Positions 48,562-58,197 are shown, counted from the stretch's first letter. The stretch is DNA of 64,000 nucleotides from an uncultured Gammaproteobacteria bacterium (GCA_964392925.1 CAYMRP010000004.1:71184-135183); one strand, 5' to 3'. Made by a program: numbers and translations. The notes: generated by a model from the sequence alone, not told the origin.

Positions 48562-48630
48562 CGCGTACGGGAGTCGAACCCGTTCTGCTAGATTGAGAAT
48601 CTAACGTCCTAACCGGTAGACGAACGCGCC
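48559..48630 (-). tRNA. tRNA-Glu (anticodon CUC)
   Basis: The reverse complement folds as a cloverleaf: acceptor GGCGCGT/ACGCGCT (a G1-U wobble at the end), D-stem GTCT/GGAC, anticodon stem TTAGA/TCTAG with loop TTCTCAA (anticodon CTC), and T-arm ACGGG-TTCGACT-CCCGT. No CCA is encoded. Confidence 0.8.
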
Positions 48631-48724
48631 AAGAAGGTTAATTTTACCAGACTTCAGCCTTCCATGCCAATTGATATGCAAAGTCGATACTTGCCAGGAA
48701 TATTGAAAGTGCTAAACTGATGGA

Positions 48725-48994
48725 ATGTTAACGAAACAAGATATACGACAAATAGGGGAAGTAATAGAAGTTAAATTAATGCCAATCGATGAAAAAGTAA
48801 CTGGACTTGATGAAAAAGTAACTGGACTTGATGAAAAAGTAACGAAGCTCGAGAAATCTCAAAAAGCATTGAAGAAAACACTTAATAGAGTTGCAAGAGA
48901 GCAACAAGCGATTCTAGGCTTCCTGAACAAAGAAGATGTGGAGACTCGCAAGCGGGTTGATAGAATAGAAGATTATCTGGGACTTTCTTCTTAA
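48725..48994 (+). CDS. Hypothetical small coiled-coil protein with a tandem EKVTGLD heptad repeat
   Basis: A 21-nt unit (GATGAAAAAGTAACTGGACTT) is repeated about 2.5 times in the coding sequence; the protein is charged and alpha-helical in character. Confidence 0.4.
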   Translation: MLTKQDIRQIGEVIEVKLMPIDEKVTGLDEKVTGLDEKVTKLEKSQKALKKTLNRVAREQQAILGFLNKEDVETRKRVDRIEDYLGLSS

Positions 48995-49036
48995 TAACTT
49001 CCAATATAGCCTCAAAAAATATATACTTAAGCCTCT

Positions 49037-50599
49037 ATGTATTGGGCAGATAAAGTCGCTAAACAAATTATTGATTCAGGAAAATTTAAGCCATATTTAG
49101 TGGACGATATGTTCACGCCATCCGGTTTTCCTCACATCGGATCCCTTCGCGGTCCTATTGTCCACGATTTAATTTTTAAAGCCCTCAAGAGTCAAAAACA
49201 GGATGTTAAATTTACTTTTGTCATAAACGATTTTGATCCAATCGATGGTTTGCCTCCTTCAATGGAAGAAGAATTTACGAAATATATGGGACTGCCTTTA
49301 AGAAATGCGCCTTCTCCCGTTGAAGGGTTCACTTCATTTGCCGCTTACTTTGCAGATGATTATAAAAAATCTATGAAGTCTCTTGGTGTAGAACCAGAGT
49401 TTTTATCCTCCTGGGATATGTACCACGAAGGTAAATTTGATCCAGCCATAAAACTTGCTTTAGATAATGCCGGTAAAATTCAGGACATTTATGAAGAAGT
49501 TTCCGGTAGTAAAAAAAGACAGGCTGGTTGGTTGCCTCTCCAAGTTATTTGTCAAAACTGCGGCAAAGTCGGAACCACCAGAGTTTTTGATTGGGATGGA
49601 GAAACTGTTGCCTATAAATGTGAACCTGATTTAGTTAAATGGGCTAAAGGCTGCGATAACGAAGGCCGCATCTCTCCATTCGGCGGAAATGGTAAATTAC
49701 CCTGGAAAGTCGATTGGCCATCTCATTGGCTGGTGATTGGTGTAACCATTGAGGGTGCCGGAAAAGATCACTCTTCTGCCGGCGGCTCACGTGATATCGC
49801 CCGAGAACTTTTAAAACAAATCTTCAAAATAGAAGAGCCGTTTAATTTGCCGTATGAATTCTTCTTAATCGGTGGTAAAAAAATGGCCTCCTCAAAAGGC
49901 TTGGGTTTAAAAGCCCGGGATTTAACTGAATTATTACCCTTAGAACTCGGCCGGTTTTTATTTTGTCGGGCCGACTATCGGCAGCAAGTTAATTTCGATC
50001 CTATTAACACCATGGCCATTCCGGATTTATTTGATGAATATGATCGTTGTTTCCAGGCTTTTGTTAGCAGTACAGATCCAGATTTTGCCCGGGCTTTTGA
50101 AATGAGTCATATAGGGGAGCTTCCGGAAAAAGCAAAAATATTTCTGCCCCGTTTTCGGGACGTAGCCAATTTTATTCAACAACCCACAGTCAAATTGGAA
50201 GAAAAATTCGCCGAAATTAAAGGCTCAGACTTAAATCCAATAGAAATAGAAATACTAAATGAAAGAGTTAAATATGCAAAAATCTGGCTGGATAAATTTG
50301 CCCCAGAGGATTTAAAACTTAGCCTCTCGGAAGATACTAAAAATAATTTCCAACTTTCTGCAGAGCAAAAACAATATCTTAAAGAAGTCATCAATTTAAT
50401 TGAAGAAGATTCTGATGCCGAGGAACTTCAAGCTAAACTCTACGAACTAACAAAATCCCAAGGCATAAATGCTAAACTTGGTTTTCAGGCAATCTATCAA
50501 ACATTGATCGGCAAAGATTTTGGTCCTAAAGCCGGAGCATTCATTAGGCAATATGAAAAACAGGAAGTTATTGGTAAAATAAACCAGGTTTTGAATTAA
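49037..50599 (+). CDS. Lysyl-tRNA synthetase, class I (archaeal-type LysRS)
   Basis: HIGH-type motif PSGFPHIGSLRG, KMSKS-type motif KKMASSKG, and an about 520-aa length typical of class I LysRS. Confidence 0.75.
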   Translation: MYWADKVAKQIIDSGKFKPYLVDDMFTPSGFPHIGSLRGPIVHDLIFKALKSQKQDVKFTFVINDFDPIDGLPPSMEEEFTKYMGLPLRNAPSPVEGFTSFAAYFADDYKKSMKSLGVEPEFLSSWDMYHEGKFDPAIKLALDNAGKIQDIYEEVSGSKKRQAGWLPLQVICQNCGKVGTTRVFDWDGETVAYKCEPDLVKWAKGCDNEGRISPFGGNGKLPWKVDWPSHWLVIGVTIEGAGKDHSSAGGSRDIARELLKQIFKIEEPFNLPYEFFLIGGKKMASSKGLGLKARDLTELLPLELGRFLFCRADYRQQVNFDPINTMAIPDLFDEYDRCFQAFVSSTDPDFARAFEMSHIGELPEKAKIFLPRFRDVANFIQQPTVKLEEKFAEIKGSDLNPIEIEILNERVKYAKIWLDKFAPEDLKLSLSEDTKNNFQLSAEQKQYLKEVINLIEEDSDAEELQAKLYELTKSQGINAKLGFQAIYQTLIGKDFGPKAGAFIRQYEKQEVIGKINQVLN

Positions 50600-50600
50600 T

Positions 50601-51833
50601 ATGATCGATATTAAATTAATTAGAGAGCAAACAGATTTAGTTAAAGAAGGAGTTCTTAAAAAGAACTTCGATGTCTCCAAAGTTGATGCAGTTCTTGAGC
50701 TTGATAAAAAAAAGCTTGAAATGCTTCATAAAATAGAAACCCTGCGTCAGGAACGCAATACTTTAAGCCGTGATGCCATAGACAGGGGCAGAGAAATAAA
50801 AGAAGAGCTAAAACAACTTGAGCCGGATCTCGAAGTTGTTGAAAAAGAATTTAAACATTTGCTACATGAAATTCCTAATCTCCCATCTGATGAATCTCCT
50901 GTAGGTAAAGGTGAAGCCGAAAATAAAGAAGTCAGACTGGTTGGTGAAAAACCAAACTTCGACTTTGAAGCCAAAGATCATGTTGAAATTGGAAAAAATC
51001 TTGATATCTTGGACTTTGAAAACGGTGCCAAAGTTGCCGGTTCCGGCTTCTACTATTTGAAAAACGCTGGTGCAATGCTTGAAGTTGCCTTAGTAAATTA
51101 TGGTTTACTCTTTTTGTCTAAGAGGGGTTTCTCTCCAGTCATAACTCCAGACTTAGCCCGCGAAAAATTCTACTTAGGTACTGGCTACAATCCTAAAGGT
51201 GATGAAGCTCAAACATATAAAATTGAAGACTCCGATCTAGGTCTAATAGCCACCTCAGAAGTTACAATCGCTGGGTATCATGCAGATGAAATAATCCAGA
51301 ACTTAGATAACCCCAAGCTGTATGGCGGGTATTCTCATTGTTTCCGGATGGAGTCAGGGGCTTACGGTAAATACTCAAAAGGTCTATATCGGGTTCATCA
51401 GTTCACAAAAGTTGAAATGTTTGCTTACACCAAAAAAGAAGAGTCTAAAAAAATGCACGAAAGATTTCTTGAACTGGAAGAGGAATTCTGGAAGAGTTTG
51501 GGTATTCCTTACCGGGTCCTTGAAATGTGTACTGGAGATCTCGGTTCGCAAGCTGTTCGCAAATTCGATCTGGAAGCCTGGATGCCTGGCCGCGGAGATT
51601 GGGGAGAGGTTACCTCAACCTCAAATACTACCGACTACCAAGCCCGCAACTTAAATATTAAATATAAAGATGGCGGCTCGACCGAATACGCTCATATGTT
51701 AAACGGCACATTAGTCGCCACTTCAAGAGCAATCATTGCCATACTAGAAAATTTCCAGCAGGCTGATGGTTCTGTTAAAGTTCCTGAAGTTCTGGTGCCG
51801 TTTGTTGGAGTCTCCGAAATTAAATCCTCTTAA
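50601..51833 (+). CDS. serS: Seryl-tRNA synthetase
   Basis: N-terminal coiled-coil MIDIKLIRE..., class II motifs (FRMESG, GDLGSQAVRKFDLEAWMPG) and 410 aa. Confidence 0.95.
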   Translation: MIDIKLIREQTDLVKEGVLKKNFDVSKVDAVLELDKKKLEMLHKIETLRQERNTLSRDAIDRGREIKEELKQLEPDLEVVEKEFKHLLHEIPNLPSDESPVGKGEAENKEVRLVGEKPNFDFEAKDHVEIGKNLDILDFENGAKVAGSGFYYLKNAGAMLEVALVNYGLLFLSKRGFSPVITPDLAREKFYLGTGYNPKGDEAQTYKIEDSDLGLIATSEVTIAGYHADEIIQNLDNPKLYGGYSHCFRMESGAYGKYSKGLYRVHQFTKVEMFAYTKKEESKKMHERFLELEEEFWKSLGIPYRVLEMCTGDLGSQAVRKFDLEAWMPGRGDWGEVTSTSNTTDYQARNLNIKYKDGGSTEYAHMLNGTLVATSRAIIAILENFQQADGSVKVPEVLVPFVGVSEIKSS

Positions 51834-51849
51834 GTCAAAATCCCTTATC

Positions 51850-53358
51850 TTAATTTACCGGTAAGCTTGATGAAGTGCCTGCCGAAGCAGCTGGACTGCC
51901 GCTAGGTGTTGGTGAAGCTTTTTGCTGAGCAGCTCTCATCGCCGGGCTAAGCGATGCTGCTGGACTTGAAGCAGGGTCTGGTGATCCGCCTACTGTAGGT
52001 GCTGGTAATGCAGTGTCTGTTGTTGGTTCCATGACTGGAACTGGAGATGGGGCAACTATTTGTGCCGGAGGATTAGTTAATGGAGCTTGTGTCTGTTGTG
52101 TTTCTTCAACAGGTAAAGAAGTTTCATCTGTAGGTGTTGGATTAGCTTGCCCCACTCCTAATATTAAATAAGCACTTAAAGCTGCAACTATCAGGATAAT
52201 TGGAATACCCGCAACTAAAAGTACTTTTGTTAAATTTAAATGCTTACCAGGAGGTGGAGCATCGCCTTCTGCTGATTGTGGTGTTGCAGAAGCCGGAGCC
52301 ATATTCAAGTTCTGATCAGCTGCAACTGGTGGGGTATAAACTCCATTCGTCTGCGAAGGTGCTGTCTCGTCACCTGCAATTAAATGCGATAAATCAGTTG
52401 GGGCATTCTCAACAGGTCCCATGTCCGGAAGAGGGGAGGCTGTAGGTGCGGCTGCAGCCTGATCAGGTTGTATTGGTGCTTGCATAGCAGCTGGATCTGC
52501 AGGCGGAGTAGTTGTAGCCCCGAGTCCCGATTGAAGTCCTGATAAATCCATCGATCCGGGTTGCGGCTGTGAGGACATAGTTTGATCCTGAATTTGGGCA
52601 GTTTCTTGTGGTGGGTTTCCAGGCTGGACATTTAGATCAATAGTAGGTGTCGCCATTGGGTCAGACATCGAAGCTGCTACTGGCGCTGCGGTTGGCGCTG
52701 AGAACTGTGACTCTGCCGGAGCCGGTTGATCCCAAGGATTAACAGTTGGTGCAGCAGGCTGAGTAGGATCACTAGGTAGCGCCGTAGCTCCTTCAAACGG
52801 ACTCTGCGGAGGAGTCGGAGTGAATGCTGTATTCAAAGGATCAGGTGGAGTAGTTGTCTGAGCACCGTATGGTGCGGCTGGTTGTTCAGGCAAAGGCGTA
52901 GGTGCTGCAGGCTGTTCAAAGGGAGGTGATGTATTAAAAGTCCCTGCTTGAGGCTGTAAAAAAGGATTAGCGGCTGCCGGATTTTCACTTGGCACTGCTG
53001 GTTCTGGAGGTGCCATCGGAGCTGTTGGTACATCTGTCGGAACAGTCGCTTGTGGGGTAGGCGGCCACGCCGCTCCTGAACTTGCGGTCGGTGTACTTGG
53101 CAATGGTGAAGAAAATCCAGGTTCTGGTGCAACAGTTTCAACCGGTACCGGGCTCCAAGGATTAGGAGCAGCTGTTGGGTTTGATTGGGCTGGATCTGAC
53201 ACAGGCATACTGGAAGAAAGGGGAGCTGATGTTGCCGATTGGTCAGGACTGCTGGACCATCCTGGAGTTTGTTGTGGAGGGGTTAATGGATCAACAGGGG
53301 CTGCGCCAAAAGGTAAACTAGGATTGTTATTTGGATTATTAGGGTCATTACTATCCAT
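51850..53358 (-). CDS. Proline/alanine/threonine-rich low-complexity protein with a single TM helix
   Basis: The 502-aa ORF is open over 1.5 kb with extreme P/A/T/Q/S composition and one hydrophobic helix (VLLVAGIPIILIVAALSAYLILGV). It shows a marked local GC rise. Confidence 0.5.
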   Translation of the reverse strand: MDSNDPNNPNNNPSLPFGAAPVDPLTPPQQTPGWSSSPDQSATSAPLSSSMPVSDPAQSNPTAAPNPWSPVPVETVAPEPGFSSPLPSTPTASSGAAWPPTPQATVPTDVPTAPMAPPEPAVPSENPAAANPFLQPQAGTFNTSPPFEQPAAPTPLPEQPAAPYGAQTTTPPDPLNTAFTPTPPQSPFEGATALPSDPTQPAAPTVNPWDQPAPAESQFSAPTAAPVAASMSDPMATPTIDLNVQPGNPPQETAQIQDQTMSSQPQPGSMDLSGLQSGLGATTTPPADPAAMQAPIQPDQAAAAPTASPLPDMGPVENAPTDLSHLIAGDETAPSQTNGVYTPPVAADQNLNMAPASATPQSAEGDAPPPGKHLNLTKVLLVAGIPIILIVAALSAYLILGVGQANPTPTDETSLPVEETQQTQAPLTNPPAQIVAPSPVPVMEPTTDTALPAPTVGGSPDPASSPAASLSPAMRAAQQKASPTPSGSPAASAGTSSSLPVN

Positions 53359-53490
53359 GGCAGTTACTCTATAAGTTTATGCGAAGATAGCCTTAATAAT
53401 CAAGTAGTCGCATAAATTACGGTAGTGCTTTTTGCTCATTTCAGGTATAATCCCTCACACAGGGGAATTCCCAAAGTAAGAGTCAGTAAT

Positions 53491-56292
53491 ATGCTTAATT
53501 TTTTTTCTTCATTAATCGATGCCAATAAACGGGAAATTAATCGCCTCTCAAAAATCGTTGAAACCATTAATAGTTATGAAGCTAAAATCAAAAAGTTTGA
53601 CGATAAAAAGTTTAAAGAAAAAGCTCTAGATCTACGTAAAAGACATGAAAAAGGTGAAACCTTAGAGTCTCTTTTACCTGAAGCTTTTGCTTTCGCCCGC
53701 GAAGCCGCTAGCCGCAGCCTAGGCATGCGTCACTATGATGTTCAGCTAATGGCAGCCATCGCTTTGCACAGCGGTAAGATCGCCGAACAACGAACCGGTG
53801 AAGGAAAAACTATGTCTGGTGTTCCGGCCATTTTTCTAAATGCTCTTTCCGGTAAAGGTGTCCATGTAGTTACGGTAAATGATTATTTAGCTCGCCGCGA
53901 TGCAGGTTGGAATGGACCTATCTTTCATACTCTAGGTGTTTCAGTCTCAGTTATTATTCATGAAAAGGCTTTTCTTTTTGATCCAAAATATAAAGATCCA
54001 GACACAACAGATAAACGGCTTAAGAATTTAAGACCAGTCACTCGCAAAGAAGCTTATGCTGCTGATATAACTTACGGCACTAATAATGAGTTTGGTTTTG
54101 ATTATCTAAGGGACAACATGGCCAACAGCTTGGATAATATGGTTCAGCGAGGTCACAATTTCGCCATCGTTGATGAAGTAGATTCAATTTTAATTGACGA
54201 GGCCCGTACTCCATTAATTATTTCAGCCCCCGATACTGAGCCCACAGGTAAATATATTGAGTTCACCAAAATCGTCAGTCAGCTTGATGGTAAAACAGAT
54301 TATGTAGTTAACGAAAAAGAACGTGCAGCCCACATGACAGAGGAAGGTATTCTTCATATCGAAAAAATTATGGGTGTCGATAATCTTTATGAAAAAGATT
54401 TTTCTGCTCTTCACCATATAGAAGAAGCCTTAAAAGCCAGAACCCTTTTTCTTAAAGACCGCGACTATGTTGTTAAAGATGGCGAAGTAATTATTGTTGA
54501 TGAATTCACTGGCCGTTTAATGCCGGGCCGCCGTTACTCCGGAGGTCTACATCAATCAATCGAAGCCAAAGAAGGCGTTAAAATCCAACAAGAGTCAAAA
54601 ACTTTAGCCACAATTTCTTTCCAGAATTACTTCAGAATGTATAAAAAGCTTTCTGGTATGACTGGAACTGCAGCCACCGAAGCAGAAGAATTCTTTAAAA
54701 TCTATAAGCTGGAAGTAGTTATTATCCCAACTCATCAACCTATGATCAGAAAAGATAATCCTGATGCTATCTTTAAAACCCAAACCGGTAAATTGATGGC
54801 CGTCGCCTCAGAAGTTGAAAAAATTCATGCATCTGGCCAGCCTGTTTTAGTAGGTACAACTTCGATTGATAAAAACGAATTCTTATCTGAACTCTTAAAG
54901 AAAAAGCGGATCTCCCACGCACTTTTAAATGCTAAAAACCACGAACGCGAGGCCGAAATTATTGCTGATGCCGGTCAAAAAGGTTCAGTAACTGTAGCCA
55001 CTAACTTAGCCGGTCGTGGTGTCGATATTAAGCTTGGTAAAAATGTTGAAAAATTAGGCGGACTTTATGTTATCGGTACCGAACGTCACGAATCAAGGAG
55101 AATCGATAATCAATTAAGAGGCCGCTCAGGTCGTCAGGGTGACCCGGGTGCTTCCAAATTCTTTGTTTCTCTTGAAGATGATTTAATGAGAATCTTTGGC
55201 GGCGAGCAAGTCGCAAGAGTCATGGGCTTTTTAAAAATGCCGGAAGATACTCCTATCGAAAACGGTATGGTTTCCAAAGCAATTGAAGGCGCACAGAAAA
55301 AAGTTGAAGGTCATAATTTTGATATCCGTAAACATACAGTTGAATACGACGACGTTATGAATCAGCAGCGCCAGATTATTTATGGTGTCAGAAGGAATGT
55401 CCTGGATGTCTTAGCTGGAAAATCCAAAGATGGTAAATCTCTTAAGGATGAAATCATCGAAAAAATCGGCATTGAAGTCGAAGCCATCATTGATGACTAT
55501 GCGATTGAAGGGGAGATAGAATATGAAAAAATTATCGAAGATTTCTCAACCATAATTAATTTTGATCAAGCCAGCCGTAAACAGCTATTAGGCCAAATCT
55601 CAGATATCAAAGATGAAGCTAAATTAAAAGAATTTTTAGTCCGTCTCGCCGAAGATCTCTACGGTGAAAAAGAAAAAACCGTCGGTGCCGATCTGATGCG
55701 CCAAATGGAAAGCTTTGTTTACTTAAACACAATTGATACTTTTTGGATGGAACATCTCGATACAATGGATGATCTTCGCTCAGGTATCGGATTGCGCGGA
55801 TATGCCCAAAGAGATCCTCTAATCGAATATAAAAAAGAAGGCTTTGAGTTATTCGAAAAAATGATTGCTGAAATTGATTCAGAAATTGCCAGACGTATCT
55901 ATAAAGTCTCAATGCATAATCATGGGCCAGTCCAGGTTGTTTCTCCAATCGATATGTCAAAAGCCGTCGCAACCCACGATGAGGCGCTCGATGAAAAAAC
56001 CTTACTTGAAGAAGTCGGCCAGCTTATGCCGTCAGTTCCTGAAGTTCGCCACAGCGGAACCAAAATCAAAGTTGAAGGCTCAAGTAATGATGAGGCATAC
56101 TCTCAGACTCCGACTGTAGTCGAAGAACCAGTTGCTGCCGGCACCCGAGTTACTGTTGAAAGAGCCGGTCAGGTTGTCTCACAAGATGTCTATAACGATA
56201 CAGGTTCGCTCCAAAGGAAAAAGCCTGGCAGAAATGACCCCTGCCACTGCGGTTCAGGCAAAAAATATAAAAAATGCCATTATCCTAATTAG
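53491..56292 (+). CDS. secA: Preprotein translocase ATPase SecA
   Basis: DEAD-like motor (Walker A GEGKTM, DEVDSILIDEART), preprotein cross-linking and helical scaffold domains, and a C-terminal zinc finger CHCGSGKKYKKCH. The track start at 53425 is likely too early; the ATG at 53491 (MLNFFSSLID) fits SecA N-termini. Confidence 0.95.
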   Translation: MLNFFSSLIDANKREINRLSKIVETINSYEAKIKKFDDKKFKEKALDLRKRHEKGETLESLLPEAFAFAREAASRSLGMRHYDVQLMAAIALHSGKIAEQRTGEGKTMSGVPAIFLNALSGKGVHVVTVNDYLARRDAGWNGPIFHTLGVSVSVIIHEKAFLFDPKYKDPDTTDKRLKNLRPVTRKEAYAADITYGTNNEFGFDYLRDNMANSLDNMVQRGHNFAIVDEVDSILIDEARTPLIISAPDTEPTGKYIEFTKIVSQLDGKTDYVVNEKERAAHMTEEGILHIEKIMGVDNLYEKDFSALHHIEEALKARTLFLKDRDYVVKDGEVIIVDEFTGRLMPGRRYSGGLHQSIEAKEGVKIQQESKTLATISFQNYFRMYKKLSGMTGTAATEAEEFFKIYKLEVVIIPTHQPMIRKDNPDAIFKTQTGKLMAVASEVEKIHASGQPVLVGTTSIDKNEFLSELLKKKRISHALLNAKNHEREAEIIADAGQKGSVTVATNLAGRGVDIKLGKNVEKLGGLYVIGTERHESRRIDNQLRGRSGRQGDPGASKFFVSLEDDLMRIFGGEQVARVMGFLKMPEDTPIENGMVSKAIEGAQKKVEGHNFDIRKHTVEYDDVMNQQRQIIYGVRRNVLDVLAGKSKDGKSLKDEIIEKIGIEVEAIIDDYAIEGEIEYEKIIEDFSTIINFDQASRKQLLGQISDIKDEAKLKEFLVRLAEDLYGEKEKTVGADLMRQMESFVYLNTIDTFWMEHLDTMDDLRSGIGLRGYAQRDPLIEYKKEGFELFEKMIAEIDSEIARRIYKVSMHNHGPVQVVSPIDMSKAVATHDEALDEKTLLEEVGQLMPSVPEVRHSGTKIKVEGSSNDEAYSQTPTVVEEPVAAGTRVTVERAGQVVSQDVYNDTGSLQRKKPGRNDPCHCGSGKKYKKCHYPN

Positions 56293-56300
56293 GTTTTTCT

Positions 56301-56723
56301 ATGATAAAAACAGCCAGCGAAATAGTTGACCAACTTAGAACCGAAGGTCACCGTATCACCCCGATTAGAAATCGGATTCTCGATATTCTCTCCAAGAGCA
56401 CAGAGCCTATTTCGGCATTAGATTTAATAGCAGACTTTAAATCCTCAAATCTTAACGTTAACAAAACCACCATCTACCGGGAAATAGAATTTTTATTAGG
56501 CAAAAATCTTATTAATGAAGTTGAATTTGGAGATGGCAAAAAAAGATACGAGATGGATAATGGGCATCACCATCACTTAGTTTGCTTAAAGTGTGGCAAA
56601 GTTGAAGATGTTAGTTTGGAGACGGATTTATCATCGGAAGAAAAAAAGATAGAAAAAGAAACAGGTTTTAAAGTTGAATCTCATTCATTAGAATTTTTTG
56701 GAATTTGTAAAACCTGCCAATAG
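56301..56723 (+). CDS. Fur-family metalloregulator (Fur/Zur/PerR)
   Basis: N-terminal winged helix (RITPIRNRILDIL), HHHH metal site and CxxC...CxxC (HHHHLVCLKCGKV...FGICKTCQ). Confidence 0.85.
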   Translation: MIKTASEIVDQLRTEGHRITPIRNRILDILSKSTEPISALDLIADFKSSNLNVNKTTIYREIEFLLGKNLINEVEFGDGKKRYEMDNGHHHHLVCLKCGKVEDVSLETDLSSEEKKIEKETGFKVESHSLEFFGICKTCQ

Positions 56724-56808
56724 AACTTTACTAAAGGTAAGTTGTTTACTAACAGCGATTTTCGTGCTAACTTAATCAAGTCAAATTCAAAACGAAAGGG
56801 GGTGTTTT

Positions 56809-57291
56809 ATGGAAGAACAAGTAAATACACAAGGCAGTTTGCCGAAGTTTGTAATGCCCACTGTTGTTGCAGCTCTAATAGTGTTCGCAGTTATCGGTTA
56901 TTATTTTTATAATTCCGGCTCAAATAACTCGTCTCAGCCAGCATCCACTATGGAAGGCCAAGGTTCTCCTGCAGCGGTTTCAGAAAGTAATTCGAATTAT
57001 AAAAATGGTACTTACACCATTAACGGGGAATACGTTAGCCCAGGAGGGCCCAGAGAAATTGGGGTAACTTTAACTTTGACTGATGGTTTAGTAACCGCAG
57101 CAGAGAGTCAGGTGCTCGCCGAGGATGCCACCTCTAAAAGATTCCAAACCGAGTTCGTTGAAGGTTTTAAACCAATGGTTATTGGTAAAAGTCTAAACGA
57201 AGTCGTTCTATCAAAAGTTTCGGGCTCATCTTTAACTCCTAAAGGATTTAATGATGCTGTCGAAAAGATTAAAGTTGAGGCTCAGTCTTAA
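56809..57291 (+). CDS. FMN-binding domain protein (NqrC/RnfG/PplA-like), predicted extracytoplasmic, with candidate flavinylation motif
   Basis: N-terminal TM anchor and an FMN_bind-like C-terminus. KVSGSSLTPKG aligns with the (D)AVSGAT(V)TS(R) flavinylation motif; there is a strong SD (AAGGGGG) upstream; ApbE is encoded immediately downstream. Confidence 0.6.
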   Translation: MEEQVNTQGSLPKFVMPTVVAALIVFAVIGYYFYNSGSNNSSQPASTMEGQGSPAAVSESNSNYKNGTYTINGEYVSPGGPREIGVTLTLTDGLVTAAESQVLAEDATSKRFQTEFVEGFKPMVIGKSLNEVVLSKVSGSSLTPKGFNDAVEKIKVEAQS

Positions 57292-58170
57292 ATGATTTGG
57301 GATCAAAAGTTTAATTTTGAAGAAATAGGAACCTCATGGACTATTGAATATTCAGGAGTCTCAAAACTTTCACCTGAATTACTTATAGAAAAGATCCGCG
57401 CAGAAATTAATAAATTCTCGCGGGTTTTTTCTAGGTTTGACAAAAATTCAGCGGTTTTTAAATCAAGTAAAACCGCATCTGAGATTATTATTCCGGAAGC
57501 TTATTTACCGCTTCTAGCTATCTATAAATCTTTATATAAATTAACTGACGGTTTATTCACTCCTCTTGTTGGAAATTTACTTTCTGAATCAGGCTACGAC
57601 GAAGATTATTCTCTGGTTCAAAAAAAATTAAATCCTGTTCCGCAGTGGGACCAAGTTATTGAGATTTCCGGAGAAACAATTAAATTTAAAAAGCCCTGGC
57701 TTCTAGATTTTGGCGCGGCCGGCAAAGGATTTATTGTTGATCTGATAGGGGAGTTGCTGGAAGATCAAAATATTAAGTCCTATTGTATAGATGCCGGCGG
57801 AGACATTCGCTATAAATCTGATAACAATGAAAAACTAAAAATCGGCCTTGAGCACCCCGATAATTTAGATCAGGTTCTTGGAGTTGCAGATCTAGAAACA
57901 GGTAGTATTTGCGGCTCATCTGGAAATCGCCGCAAATGGGCAAATCTTCACCATATTTTCAACCCTAAAAAACTTGATTCTGTTAGAGAAGTCCTGGCAG
58001 TTTGGGTAATTTCAGATACTACTTTAATAGCAGATGCTCTCTCGACAGCTTTATTCTTTGTAAACCCGGAAAAGCTTTTAGGAGATTTTAAGTTTCAATT
58101 TCTAATAATTTACCCGGATTTCACTTTTAAAAAATCCCCAAACTTCCCCGGTGAAGTATATGTGGCATGA
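57292..58170 (+). CDS. apbE: FAD:protein FMN transferase (ApbE family)
   Basis: ApbE-family motifs (FGAAGKGFIVD, CIDAGGDI, ICGSSGNRR), 292 aa, translationally coupled to the FMN_bind gene. Confidence 0.8.
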   Translation: MIWDQKFNFEEIGTSWTIEYSGVSKLSPELLIEKIRAEINKFSRVFSRFDKNSAVFKSSKTASEIIIPEAYLPLLAIYKSLYKLTDGLFTPLVGNLLSESGYDEDYSLVQKKLNPVPQWDQVIEISGETIKFKKPWLLDFGAAGKGFIVDLIGELLEDQNIKSYCIDAGGDIRYKSDNNEKLKIGLEHPDNLDQVLGVADLETGSICGSSGNRRKWANLHHIFNPKKLDSVREVLAVWVISDTTLIADALSTALFFVNPEKLLGDFKFQFLIIYPDFTFKKSPNFPGEVYVA

Positions 58171-58197
58171 GATGTCCAAGTCGGGTAAACTAGAATA

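Noticed and set aside
48631-48724. A promoter for the minus-strand tRNA-Glu (a TAAAAT -10-like element about 11-16 nt upstream of the tRNA 5' end).
   Set aside because: No convincing -35 element sits at the proper spacing, so it is too weak to report as a feature.
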